This document shows positions 25,061-37,520 of a DNA stretch of 64,000 nucleotides, piece after piece. Below the pieces are notes generated by a model. That model saw nothing but the letters and a program-made list of their open reading frames with translations, ran no database searches and was not told where the DNA came from. Each line of letters opens with the position of its first letter. Within the stretch, counting starts at the first letter, position 1. Source of the stretch: Callorhinchus milii (lineage: Eukaryota); contig NW_024704748.1 in NCBI RefSeq assembly GCF_018977255.1, positions 15,252,001 to 15,316,000 of the forward strand. The letters are read 5' to 3'. The position numbers were made by a program, and so were the translations under genes.

Positions 25061-25670
25061 GTGAGTGAACTTCTCCACTGATGGATTCTTTTTCGAGTCC
25101 ATTTTGAATCTTCCATCCTCAATTGCCAGGCGTCCATTTCTGCATTTGAGCCGTTGAAATGTACAAACGTTACAATAGAGTTCTGCTCAGAGAAAAATCT
25201 TAAATAAGATGACTTATTGATTGAATGTGCTTTGATGCAACATCAGTACTTATTACTTCTATTATATTTGACAGGTTATGAAATTTGCTAACCTTCGACT
25301 CTGCAAAAATAGTCATTGCCTTTGAGATGTCCTCCTGACATGAAAAGCACTATATCAAAGCGCTTCACAGGATTTACTGTAAAATTTAGTGACTATTTTG
25401 TAGGTGGTAGAAGCAATGTGCAAGCTATAGTAACCTCTCCAGGCAGTGGATGGGACCAAAATTTTACAGAGAACCTTCCCTTTAATACAGACAACTTAGT
25501 TAAAATAAACCTAAACTGCACCAGAATTCCATTGTCACAGTAAATTTTCTTTACATTGCATGTAATGTTTTTCATCGAAACCATGAAAATAACAGTAAGC
25601 TATGAAATTCAGAAAGCTATCTTATCCTTCTGTTTAAACCTAAACCAAATGTTTTTGTCTTTTCTTGCAG

Positions 25671-25874
25671 ATTAAGATGGATTTAGCAAGGAAAGCAGAG
25701 AAGAGGACTACTTGGGTCCTGTGGGGTGGCATGGCTTACATGGCTACCCAATTTGGAATTTTGGCTCGACTCACTTGGTGGGAATATTCCTGGGATATAA
25801 TGGAGCCTGTCACCTACTTCATTACTTATGGCAGTGCCATGGCGATGTATGCGTACTTTGTGCTAACACGCCAG
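25671..25874 (+). CDS. MCU: MCU exon 6 (TM1, WDIMEP selectivity filter, TM2)
   Basis: Contains [17 protein letters not shown] (WDIMEP at 25791-25808); cag/gtaggt boundaries, 204 nt. Confidence 0.98.
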
Positions 25875-26155
25875 GTAGGTACCATGTACCACATGTTCTG
25901 CTAGGGCAATGCTTAATTCCAGTGCTGCTGAAAATCAATAACCTCTGGATGGTTTTCACTTTCAGATTGGAATCTGCCTGAGCAGCCACTTGACCAATTG
26001 ACAGAGCATCTCAGACAGATGTTGCTGCTAATTTATTTTTCCTCCCTTGAGCTCCGGGTATATGGATGGTATATGGAGTATACATGCTCAGAGCGATGGA
26101 TTCTTGCAGCTTCTACTATTAGCATCTAACAACCTTTTGTCTCCTCCCCTGACAG

Positions 26156-26272
26156 GAGTACATTTACCCAGATGCCAGAGACAGACAATACTTACACTTC
26201 TTCCACAAAGGAGCCAAAAAGACACAATTTGATGTGGAGAAATACAATCAGCTCACGGATGCAATTGTTCAG
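26156..26272 (+). CDS. MCU: MCU exon 7 (EYIYPDARDRQYLHFFHKGAKKTQFDVEKYNQLTDAIVQ)
   Basis: gacag/gtaagt boundaries, 117 nt, phase 0; translated by hand. Confidence 0.96.
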
Positions 26273-26784
26273 GTAAGTCAGTTGTTGCAGAAACAGGTCT
26301 TCACTGATACAATGTCCCATTACAGGAGAAATCATTGAAAGTAGTCCTTTGACTCCCATTTAATGCTGTTTCTGTGAACAAAGCACTTATATTGTTTGAC
26401 TTGCACAACATAAATTCAGTCTGACAAAAGTGTGAAAACCTTTCAGGAATATTGAGGATTTTTTAAAGAAGAAAAATGCTCAAAAGTGCTTGTGAAATTA
26501 ATCAAGCTTTAGAACCCTGTTCTTGATTCACCGTGAGCTTGGTATACATTTCTCCCAGACTCTTGGAATAAAAAGCTGGGTACCTTGGCTACCTTGGTTC
26601 AGAACTTCACAGCCAGTGAGAAATCACTGGACTTTATAATAAATGGTCATGTCTCAAACATGTTTGTCATAGATTACAGCAATAATATGTTCATATAATG
26701 GATATGACCATTGACTGCTGTTACTGGCACGGCCATCTCAAAGTGCTGCCTTTTACAGTGAAGTTTGTTGATTCTGACTTTCAG

Positions 26785-26856
26785 GCCGAATTGGACTTAA
26801 AGCGTCTCCGGGATCCGCTCCAGCTCCAGCTTCCCATCCGGGCAATCGATAAATAG
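26785..26856 (+). CDS. MCU: MCU terminal coding exon 8 (AELDLKRLRDPLQLQLPIRAIDK*)
   Basis: Acceptor tttcag; conserved DLKRLRDPLQ; TAG stop at 26854-26856. Confidence 0.95.
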   Translation, partial: AELDLKRLRDPLQLQLPIRAIDK

Positions 26857-29830
26857 TGAGAAGCAATGAGGGTGCCCCCCCCCCCACGTCAACGCTTCCG
26901 CTCCCACCTACAAATCCAAATGGAACGTTTGGAGACACAGAGATTGGGGCACTTTTACCTTATTCAAACCAATGTGGGTTTTAAAGGTCCGATGAAGGGA
27001 AAGGGATTAGGAATTATGTCAAAGTAAGTCAGGTGCCTTGCAGACGTCAATACATGGACAGGAACGTTGCTGCCTTTCCAACTGACGGCATGCCAGGCAG
27101 AACAGATGCACGTTTCTTCTGTTTTTTTAAAAACTTTATTTACATGCTTTATTTTACTGTTTTATCCTGTGTGTGCGCAGACTTTAAGAACTGTCACCTG
27201 ACATTGGAATTGAAGTTTAAAAATGGTGTCATTTATGAAATATGTATAAAAGAGCAATGTAATTCTGACAATAAATAGCTATCCTTATTGTTTTGGTGCT
27301 AATTAGGGTGTGCACTTGGTTGATGGTGGTGTTGGGTTCATTGTTGCTGTTCTCCACTTCTCTGGTTTAATGCATGTTTTTGCAGAAGGCTGCAGTACTT
27401 GGGCATTTGTCAGTTAGGACCACATTCTGTCTTGGTCATATAACTTGGGAATGGTGGCACCGCACTATTGTTCTGACACTGTCACTCGCAAGTCACTCCT
27501 GGGAATGCTTTTAGAGATAGATTGCATGGCTCTACAATATTCGCAAGATGTTAGTGTATTGCCTGGCTGTGTCTAGCACTCGATCATTACCATGGAGTGT
27601 TGTTTCGAAGTACTTGTGGCTTCATTCCGAATGTTATTATTCTTGGCAGTTATGAGATTCAAACTAAATTACAACCTTCAGGCACTAAATTCTCTCCCAA
27701 CATACCTCACTCAAGGTGTGTCTTATCACTTGTACCCACTAAGCTGGCAAACTGCTTCGACGCCTCCTATGATACAAACCTGTATTATTGTGTTTGAAAG
27801 GCATTTTCAGTGCTTAATTATATATTCATATCTGAATTATTTTTCCATTAAGTGTCAGTACAGGTGCTGCAGCACAAGCACTAAACCACAGCAGAGGAGA
27901 ATGGGTTAAAACTAGTTTGCAATATGGCCGTTACTCTTAAATGAATTACAATTTTCTCTTGTTTAAAATTAATCTTTTGTTCAGTAAACCTGTTGGTGAG
28001 GGTGTGACAAAGCAGTGACAGAACTCTAGGTAAGGTGGTCAGAATTGTAGGCAAATGTGATTGGCACTATCAAGGCAGGAGTAAAATCTCACTAAATTGT
28101 TTGGCCCAGCCAGGTACACCTCCCCCTCACCCACCAAAACAAGCCAAGCAACTGTCCCAAATGATTATTTGAAAATACAATTTGCCTGGCCCCTTCAAGA
28201 GGCACCAATATTTGTCTGCAGAAATATTTTCACAAGCCGATTATGGAACTTTTATGTTTTGAACTAGATAATAAAATATTAGCATAGTATTTTATATTTT
28301 GTAACTGCATGTTAAGGGGTCCACAGGAAAAGTTAAATACACCAGACCCTCTCTGTATACACTATTTGGGAGCTTTACAAAAAAACTAGTGTATGATCTG
28401 TCTAATTCTGTTGGAGAGGGAGCCATATACAATGCATGTGTATCAGTGTGTTGAGGATTGCATTAGAGTATTTTATATGGTTTCTCTGTTGCAGGAAGCT
28501 GTAAATCATGCAAGCTATTTCTGAGGTGTCACTGTAAAATTCTGCATACAAGTCTCAATTATTTTATGCACCCTCCAAATACAGGGGAGCAACTTATCAA
28601 CCACTGTGACTTTTAGGTTTTTTTAGGTTAAAAAAAGCAGCCATAAAAAAGGAACGAACTTGTACACAAGAAGCGACTTACAATCCAGAATTTTACAGCT
28701 ACCTTAGGGTGTTCACCCAAGGAATACATATCTGTCCCATTTCCATCTAGTTACACTATTTTGCCACAGAGAATGACTTTCAGCCAAGTAGAAACAAACC
28801 ACGAAAGGAAAGCTCAGTGTGTGTGGCTGATTTTGCAATTTAACTAATTTGTAACACAATATTTTGTCAACGACACTTCCACAAGTGTCAATGACAAAAG
28901 GATTTTGTGATGTGTACAAATGTAAAGATGGTTTATGTGAAAACTGGTCTTATGGCAGCTTGGTCAGTCAATGGCAGCCAACAGCAATATACTGTACTTG
29001 TGCAAACTGTAGCAAATGTGACCATTCAGGATGATGGCAAAGTGTAATTCTGAGCAGGTCAATACAATGAGGTTTTCATTGCCTCCTCTCCCTGGGCTGT
29101 ACAGTATACATACCTGGGTCTCCAGGGGTGAAGGACAGTGACTGAGACTAGTGCCTTAGCCAGCTTTACCACCTAGCCTCAATATTCCTGTGAGACTGAT
29201 GCACTTGCTGTAATGGATACATGCACCAGACCCCATGAAATCAAATGTAGTGTCTGGAAACCAAATCCTTAGAGCCTAAGTACCCAAAAAGACATACAAT
29301 TTTGCACTCCTCTGTTGGTAACACCCCATGTGTAAGTTGATATAGCTGTGTTTTAAGTGAGTGAATGAATCTCTGCAATGTACCGACAATGATGGTATTC
29401 TCTATTTGTGAGATGTGTGCCCTTTGAAATGCATACAACGTGAGAAGTAAAGCAGGCTGTAAAATGATTTGAGTTATTTTCACGATAGTTGGCCATTGCC
29501 TTCATATTGGCAGTAATAAATATCACTGCTACCCAAGTAAGTAATACAAATGTCATTCCCCACAGAATCAATACCTAAATTTCCATTACTTTCAATGCCA
29601 GACTTGGAAATTTCCAGTTCTGAATAGGGTTTAAGTTGAGCCTATTAGTACTGAAGTTTGTAGCTTTAAATATACACACGTTTTCTATCATGTAACATGT
29701 GCAGAAATTCTCTTATGTAAATTTCTAATGCTGGTTATAAAGCAGAATTTAAGGAATGTATTGGAGCTGCAGATCATTTCTTAAATCAACACTATTTGCT
29801 GAATAAATTGGGGAAAAAAGTTTCATTTTG
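26857..29830 (+). other. MCU: Probable MCU 3' UTR with candidate polyA signals
   Basis: Stretch after the stop codon with no recognisable SINE/LINE; AATAAA at 27270-27275 and 29802-29807 (among others); true end unknown. Confidence 0.45.
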
Positions 29831-32712
29831 TTTTGAAGGATTCATATTCAATGTCTCAAAAGGATTAATTGTCCTACCACACTTTATTCTAATACGTTTT
29901 TTCCCTCACTGCTATAATTGTGTAGGCCCACCCTGCAGGCCTGTTTAAACAGATACACACACACACACACACACCAATGGTCTGGATCAGTTCATCATTC
30001 AAAAGAATCAAGGCACACCATCAGATTTGTTCCATCCTTGGACAGAGTCAGAATTCCATATTTGGAAAAGATCTTTTGTTTGGATGATCATTGAAGGTCT
30101 CTGATAGATGCACCTTGACAATGCAGGATGATGGACACTTTTGGAAGGTGGTTTTAGGAGAAGCAACCCAATGGTGGATGTGAGCGAATATATTCCACAT
30201 GTCCCCCCCCACCAAACCTCATATCCGTTCACCTAACCTTAAGTGATTTTACCAATATTGCCAGCAAACTTGGCATGTCAATAGGTTGTAATTAGCAACA
30301 ACATTAATGCTGGAATGTTCCAGTCTGTGTTCCAAAGTCGTTCAGCACGTCTGGATGTGGACATGGAACACTGCATCAGTTCAGTGGTTCAGTCAGGAAG
30401 GTACGACATTTAGAGCTCAGTTTCAAAGGTTTGAGCAACATTGGACATTGATTCACATGACAAAATCTTACTAACGGCATCAAAAAAAAAAGTTCTGGAA
30501 TAGAAAAACTTGAAGGTAGAATAGATTGGCAGACAAACCTACAATGGATAAATGTCTTTAAGCCACTCCTTAGTGGCTTGAAGACGTTTTCCCAATGGGT
30601 ATCTTTTGAAGGGGAGAAATTAACTACTTTTACTTTTTCAAAAAAATACAACTGCTAGACTAGATAGGCCAGAGACTCATCTCCTTTGGCTATCTTGTTT
30701 CTTCCTGGGAAAGGAAGTTTCTTGATGCAATTTCCTCTGATTTCCAGAACATTGCTTACAAGGTCAGCATAATCTTAACAGCACCTTGTTTACCCAGAAA
30801 TTTGTGTCCTGCACTCTAACCTTCCTGAAGACATGTTTTGTCCCCTCAATACTTGGGCAGGCAGGAGCCCCTTTTGATATTTAATCCTAATCATCTGATT
30901 GATGGCCTAGTTGTTGCTCATGGGAAAACACGTGCATTAAATACTTACAGAAGTGTGTATTGAGCTAATAAATATAGTTGTGCTCAAATGATTTCAGTCT
31001 TTTACGATGTGACCAAAATGTGTGGAACTCCTGGTGGTATGCTTTTATTTTATAGCAGTAAAGAATAGATCTATTCATATAATCCTGATCCTTGCATGAA
31101 GTCTTAATCATGGAAAATGTGCAAATGAATGCACTTTCGATTTATTACAAAATATATTACCCCAGCTCTGGTAACATCAAGAATTGATAAGCATGACCAA
31201 GACAAAAAAAAGTCTGCTCAGGAGATTTTGTGCACTATTTGTAAAATTCTAAGGAACATATCACTGAGGACAAAACATCAGATTCTCCAAATGTAACAGA
31301 AGCTTGTAGGTTGGTTAGAGGAAAGTACTAAAGAACTTACTATCTACTGTCTACCAAATATTTATTCATTAGCAATGAGCTGTTTCACTGGTTTGCAAGA
31401 CACATACTTGAGTTATCCCAACCACGTTTGCCAGTGCTTACAGGTGTGTCCTTCCACCAAGATACAAGGTTGGAAGTACTGTATACTCAGCCAACAGTAT
31501 AGAACAATATTGCTCCACACTTCCTTATAAAAGCATTAATGCAATACATGGACTACAGTTTCTCACAAAACTATTGCTACTGTATTGATCAAAATCAGAC
31601 ATGGAGATTGGTTTCATATCAGCATAGCAGGAAATCATTGTTACAGTGAATGACAGGGAAGATCATATCCAAAGGTTATCGGTTTTACTTTAAGCATTCT
31701 GATCAGATATTAAATGAACATGATGGTACAGTATCTTATTAATATCAATTGTAGCAATTGCCAACCGACACACCGCATGCTATCTCAGCTCATCAAGATA
31801 TTTTGGCACTTTTCACCATTTTTAAAGCCGGGAAAAATGTACCTTTTAAAACAATTGTTACAATTTTTTTTAAAAAATGGAATCAGAAACAGCAAAGACA
31901 AATGTAAAAACATGACCCATAGCCTTGGTTAAACCAACAACAAGGGAAGAGGAATGCTTTGAAAATTCCTTTAGGTGACATGAAGACTGGCAATTAATGC
32001 AATTGTCCTTAGGCTGAACCCAAGCAAATGCACAAATAAAACACAGCGAAAGGACAATACCAATCCCAGAGGAAGAGGGAGGTCAGAACAGTAGTTGTAG
32101 GAAGAAGGATATGGGATTTACTTAACAAATAGAGGAACTGGAAGAAAGGGAGAAGGAAACTACCAAACTAATTCAGCATACAGCAATCAAAATAAACTAC
32201 ATCCCTAATATCTAGGTGTGAAATGTAAATCAGAAAGGTTCTAGCCTAGATCCCTCACCTCTGTAGAGTTAACCAATTGCAGTTAAGATGTTTGACACAA
32301 TTATAAATCCGCTCTATTGTTTGCAGCAAGGGAAAGCTCGGCATCTGTTTCCAAAGTTATCCAGCAACCTCTGTTAGAAGTCCACATGTGGATATCAAGA
32401 AGATATGATCATGTTCAATTGCTGCACTGATAGTCAAACACTCAGTCAACCTTCCCTGACTGGGTTGTGCACAAATAACGGCAACATGGACAAAATACCA
32501 AAAAGCTGAATATTCGACATTCAAAGCACAAGTCACTGCTTCCAGCAAAGAAGAGCAAGGAGGGCAAAATAAATAAAGTACTTTCAAAATCCATATCAGA
32601 TAACACAGAATGTTACAAAATTAATTCAAAGGATTGAGATGATTACACAAACCACAAGAGCACATCTTGAGCAGTTAAGTTTCTTGAGCAGACAAGTTTC
32701 ACATCTTGAGGA

Positions 32713-32945
32713 GGCAAGTTACCTTACTCCACACGCCTAATAATAATCCTTCCAAAACAAAAACCAATAATAAATTGGTCATTTTCAATCTACGACTGTT
32801 TGTGGGACACTGCTGTGCGCAATTGGCTGCCGCATTCGCCCACAAATATACAGTCAATTCACTTTACAGTATATTCTGTGAAGCGCTTTGAGACGTCTAG
32901 AAGACGTGAAAAGCGCTATATCAAATGCAAGGATTATTATTATTA
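32713..32945 (+). mobile_element. 5'-truncated DeuSINE (short form)
   Basis: High identity to the 53433 copy; (TTA)n tail. Confidence 0.88.
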
Positions 32946-33317
32946 CGAAACAATGTAATCCCAACCAGCAGGAGTTACTGCCTTGGAATACACTAAAGGA
33001 TGTTAACTTATCTGTACAATACAGAAAGCATCAATTTCAGATGAGCAAAAAAACATGCATACTTAAAGCACCTCATCATATTGAAACTTCACGTATAGCT
33101 TTATTATAAAGTGGAATTTAAGCAAATTGAATATCCATTTCCATTTACAAATAACCATGAAGAAAATGATCAATTAATTTGGAGGATTATTGACCAGAAC
33201 ACCAGGAGAAACTTTCCAAATACCATAGTGTTAATAGGATTGTTACCTTGAATGGGCTTTGTATGGGATAAAAGCTAACATCATTTGAAAGGGGAAGCAA
33301 TACATTAATTAAAGATA

Positions 33318-33682
33318 AAATAATAATCCATGAATTTGATTATAGAGCCTTATCACGGCTTCAAGATGTCTCAAAGTATTTTACAGCATATACTGTAAAA
33401 TGAATTGACCGTAAATTTTGTGGCCGAATCGCGGCAGTCAATTGTACACAGCAGTGAACCACAAACAGTTATGGGATGAGTGACCAAATTATTATTTTTT
33501 AATTATATTTATTTTTGAATGGATTATTACCCCTGGAAAAGACAATCCACCAATCAACTAACAATTGAGTTTCTTCTTCCTGTTAGGTAAACAGAGATGT
33601 GTGGAGTAAGGAAACTTGCCTAACATTTCGCCCTGTCTGGGAATCAAACCCATGTCCTCTCACTTGCGAGGCAAGTACTCAA
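33318..33682 (-). mobile_element. Full-length diverged DeuSINE (long form)
   Basis: tRNA head with CGC anticodon loop, extra internal segment, core and tail. Confidence 0.8.
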
Positions 33683-36600
33683 ATCAATACGTTACATGAC
33701 TTTACACGCTCTCAGCTACTTTGTCATGACAAAATGCTGAGCATTTCCACAGGAAATGTACCTTTTTGATTGCTTCATGTGGCAGTGGAGGTCATTCTTG
33801 TTATTATTATTACTCTACTATCCAATTGGTGTTGCTCCCAATATTCAAACATTTTTTATGACTAACTAATGACATACTCAAATGTTCGCTGTGAATAATT
33901 GTTGTGACTAAGAACTGAATTCTGTCTTTCGGAATAGAAAAAACACTCAATATAGGCATGTGTGGAATAACTTCCAGCAGACTGAAATCTTGATATTACA
34001 GTTCAATCCAGAATCAATGTTCCTTGACCGATAGGTTTCAGTCAGAACTTTTGGTAAATGGCCTCAACTGTTATCTACTTTGGCCTGTCCAGTTCTCTGC
34101 TGTCAAATATTTGTTCTGTTCTATGGCACAAATAAATCACATTCTAATACAAGATTTTCTAGTAGAGAAGAATGCATTCTCTCTCTCTATGCAGACATGG
34201 TGGTTTTACCTGATTATTTTACATAAATTACAAAATGTACCTGATCGGCATCTGCCTATATGATAAATGTTCAGATCATTTGAAGCTCCCTTGGTTCTAC
34301 TGCACAGCAAGTGAAAAACTTAGCATGATCTTCTACTGCTTGCATGTTGAATCCAATGCATTTCCACAAAATTAATTTCAAACTAAAGTACTCAGAACCT
34401 CACTATGTAAAATACTACATCCTGTGTGTAAAAAAAATCCCCAACTTAAGTTATTTTATCCAACACTGTGCAGAACCACATATTCTCTATCATTGACTTG
34501 TTGACTTCCACCTTGTGTTACACAGAGGTCAATAAGAGTTTCCTAAATCTGCAGACAAACTTTTTACAGAAGCCTGGTGACTTCCAACCACAGTCAACAC
34601 ACAAACATAAACATTTATAGACAAGAGTTCTATGTTATAGATGAATGAAAAATTGCTTCTGAATTCCATTCTGCATGAAATTGGACATCAGGGGGAATCT
34701 TTGCCAGAATGAATACATGGTTCATATCTTGCCACTGAAATGAATTAGACATATCAACCTGAATACCTGACATCCTGGAGGATTTACAGCACCATTGGAT
34801 AGTGCCAACACAAGGAAGCATCATTAGGTGAATGGGTGGTCAGAACTCGAGAAGGGCATTGTTTTTTTTAAAAAAGAAAACACCCAAAACTGCTGCAAAT
34901 TTCGATTTTCCAAACTCAACCTTAAACTCCAATCTACTAGCCTGAATACAAGTCAAAAAGTTCCATGAGATTCTAGGAATGAATATCAAAATATTAACTG
35001 TGTAAAGAATATGCTTCGGGAGAGAGTCTCTGTCCTAAGAGATGTTATTTTACCAGTAATCTGTTTCCCTTAGGATGTGCTAAACGTGTGAAAATGTCAC
35101 GTTGAGCAATATAATTGTAGTCTGGCTCATGGCTGCAACACTCTTGGCTACACTTGGGGTGAGACAGCAGGAGGTCGTCGAGGGAATATCCTTGTGTCAA
35201 CGAGTACATTGACTATATCAAACTCATATTGTGAACACAAGACATTGTGAGAATTTGCACAAGTGCAGGTCATTTCAAATCTTTAAAGCTCACAGGAGTT
35301 TTTAATTCAGACAATGCCTGATAGAAAGCTTCTCACAAATGATTGTCATGTCAAAAACACTATCTTCTGCTGGAATATAATGACTCCTTTAGCGTTGTAC
35401 ATAGACAGACAGAAATCATGTCCAAGGATACATCCATCACAGTCACAACAGCATTTTTTAAGAGTTCAAATAGTTTTTCAAAATACACAATAACTTTGAT
35501 ATCCAAATCAAATTTTATTTGAGCATTCTTACCCAGTTATCAGATTATGCTGACAATTCAGAACCAGGCAACCAAAGCCTCTGTTAGCAGCCTATTCAAC
35601 GATCGACACCCTAGCAGATCCAATATTCATAAGGCAATAGATTTTTAGAAGTAGGAAATCTGATTTGGGAAAACTGTAGCTGTCTCCATTTTTCCACACA
35701 AACCCCAATGTACTTATTATTTGCTTTTAATTGAGCTGTCATGAAATTAACATTCTTTGCTTCTGTTCTCCAATTTATCCTATTAATTGCTCATGTCTTG
35801 GTTTTAACAAACAGTAGTCATTTAACAGTCATCCACGATTACTGTTGAATTCATTAGTACCTTTTGTAATGCAAGTGTGATCTGATGAAACCCATCTCTT
35901 TAAAGCAGGATAATTTTTGTAGCAACGGTGTGTCAAAAACCCTATCTCTAACAGTGCTCTTTACATTTCCTTTTGTTCTATGAAGAGGAAATGCATTGAT
36001 TGTTCAATCTTGCCAGAAAATTTCAAGTTAAATTTTTTTTGGCACAGATGAGCACATAGCTGGGAAGAAATCAATATGAAATAATTACATTTTAGACCTC
36101 ATTATCAATTCAAATGTGGTTCCTACTCAAAAGCATCTTCTCTTTCCTTAACAAGTTATCAGACCGATTCACATCTAGCTATTTTATTGTGAATCTAGAA
36201 CATCTTATCTTTTGAAACATTTGCAGTACCCAGTCTCTCACAGCATAGAAAACAAAGGATGCAAATTCTTGTCTTTGATGCCAAGTTTTACTCTACCCAA
36301 GAGCTTTATATTCTAAAATTCATCACAGACCTGTTACAAACGTCTTATAAAATCTTTGAAAATATTGAGGTCAAACAAAACTCTCCATGGACTGAATTCA
36401 ATAGTCAAAGCAACCATCTCTATTCAAGAACCGCCTGCTGTCCACAAACACCTTGGAAAAATCCAGATCATTTTTCCATAATAAACCAGCTCTATCCAGC
36501 AACCATCTGCCTAATGCAATCAATGGCCATTTTTTGTTAAGATCTGTTGGTGTTCAGACCTTTTTTTGTGACCAGATCTTTCCGGTGGGCTGCTCAGCAC

Positions 36601-37244
36601 AGCGTGAGGAGTCTAGCAGGAATCTACATGTGGACCCATGGAAATAGTCACAATTTTTGTATCAGATAATTGATTTATTACTTTATTAAGACTAGTTTAA
36701 TTTATGGGTTTGTCTATGTATGACGTTTTTCTATCCACTAGAATTCTACATACTCTAATAAACCCTTACTGATTGGCACCCTTACATAAAGGCCCTTTTG
36801 CTCAGCACATTCTGTCAGTCATTTGATTTCTGACTTGCACATCAAACCTTGGAAGGTTCCAAAATTAATCAATGGATCTGCAGTCAACTCAAGACTGGTC
36901 AAGAAACTACCAGTCAAGCACGACTGGGCCAATTTCCTTCCATCTAAACTGCGTAAATCTGATCACGCATACAAATCAATATTATTTACTTTGAATATAC
37001 AGAGTCACTGTGAAATGTTATATAGTCTTGAAATATGAATCCATTGTCGCTCTGCTGGGAGAAGTCGGAAATAATGGCACCATTCCAGCAGGGAGTTCAG
37101 ACGGATTCAGTCGTACTCTCAAATTCAGTATTGTATTTCAATGTTCATATCATGCTACAAGTGATCACGGTGCTTTACTATCATAAGAACTTAATACGTC
37201 ATGTTTAAGTACAGACCACTGAGCTTACCTTTACTACTACAATA

Positions 37245-37520
37245 GTGGAGTCCTGTAGCTCAGTGGTTAGAGCACTCACCTCGCAAGCAGGGTTCGATTT
37301 TTCAGCAGGGCGAAATGTTGCGCCAGTTTCCTTACTCCACACGACTCTGTTTACTAAGCAGTAAGTAGGAACCCGGTTGTTAGTCAATTGGCAGATTGCC
37401 TTTCTTAATTTCTTAAAAAAAAGTAAATTGATCACTTCAATGCAAGACTGTTTTTGGGACACTGCTGTGCACAATTGGCTGCAGCGATAAGGCTCTACTT
37501 CAAATGCAAGGATTATTATT
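37245..37520 (+). mobile_element. DeuSINE (long form) with an internal deletion
   Basis: gtggagtcctgtagctcagtggttagagc head, B box gggttcgatt, core, shortened tail. Confidence 0.8.
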
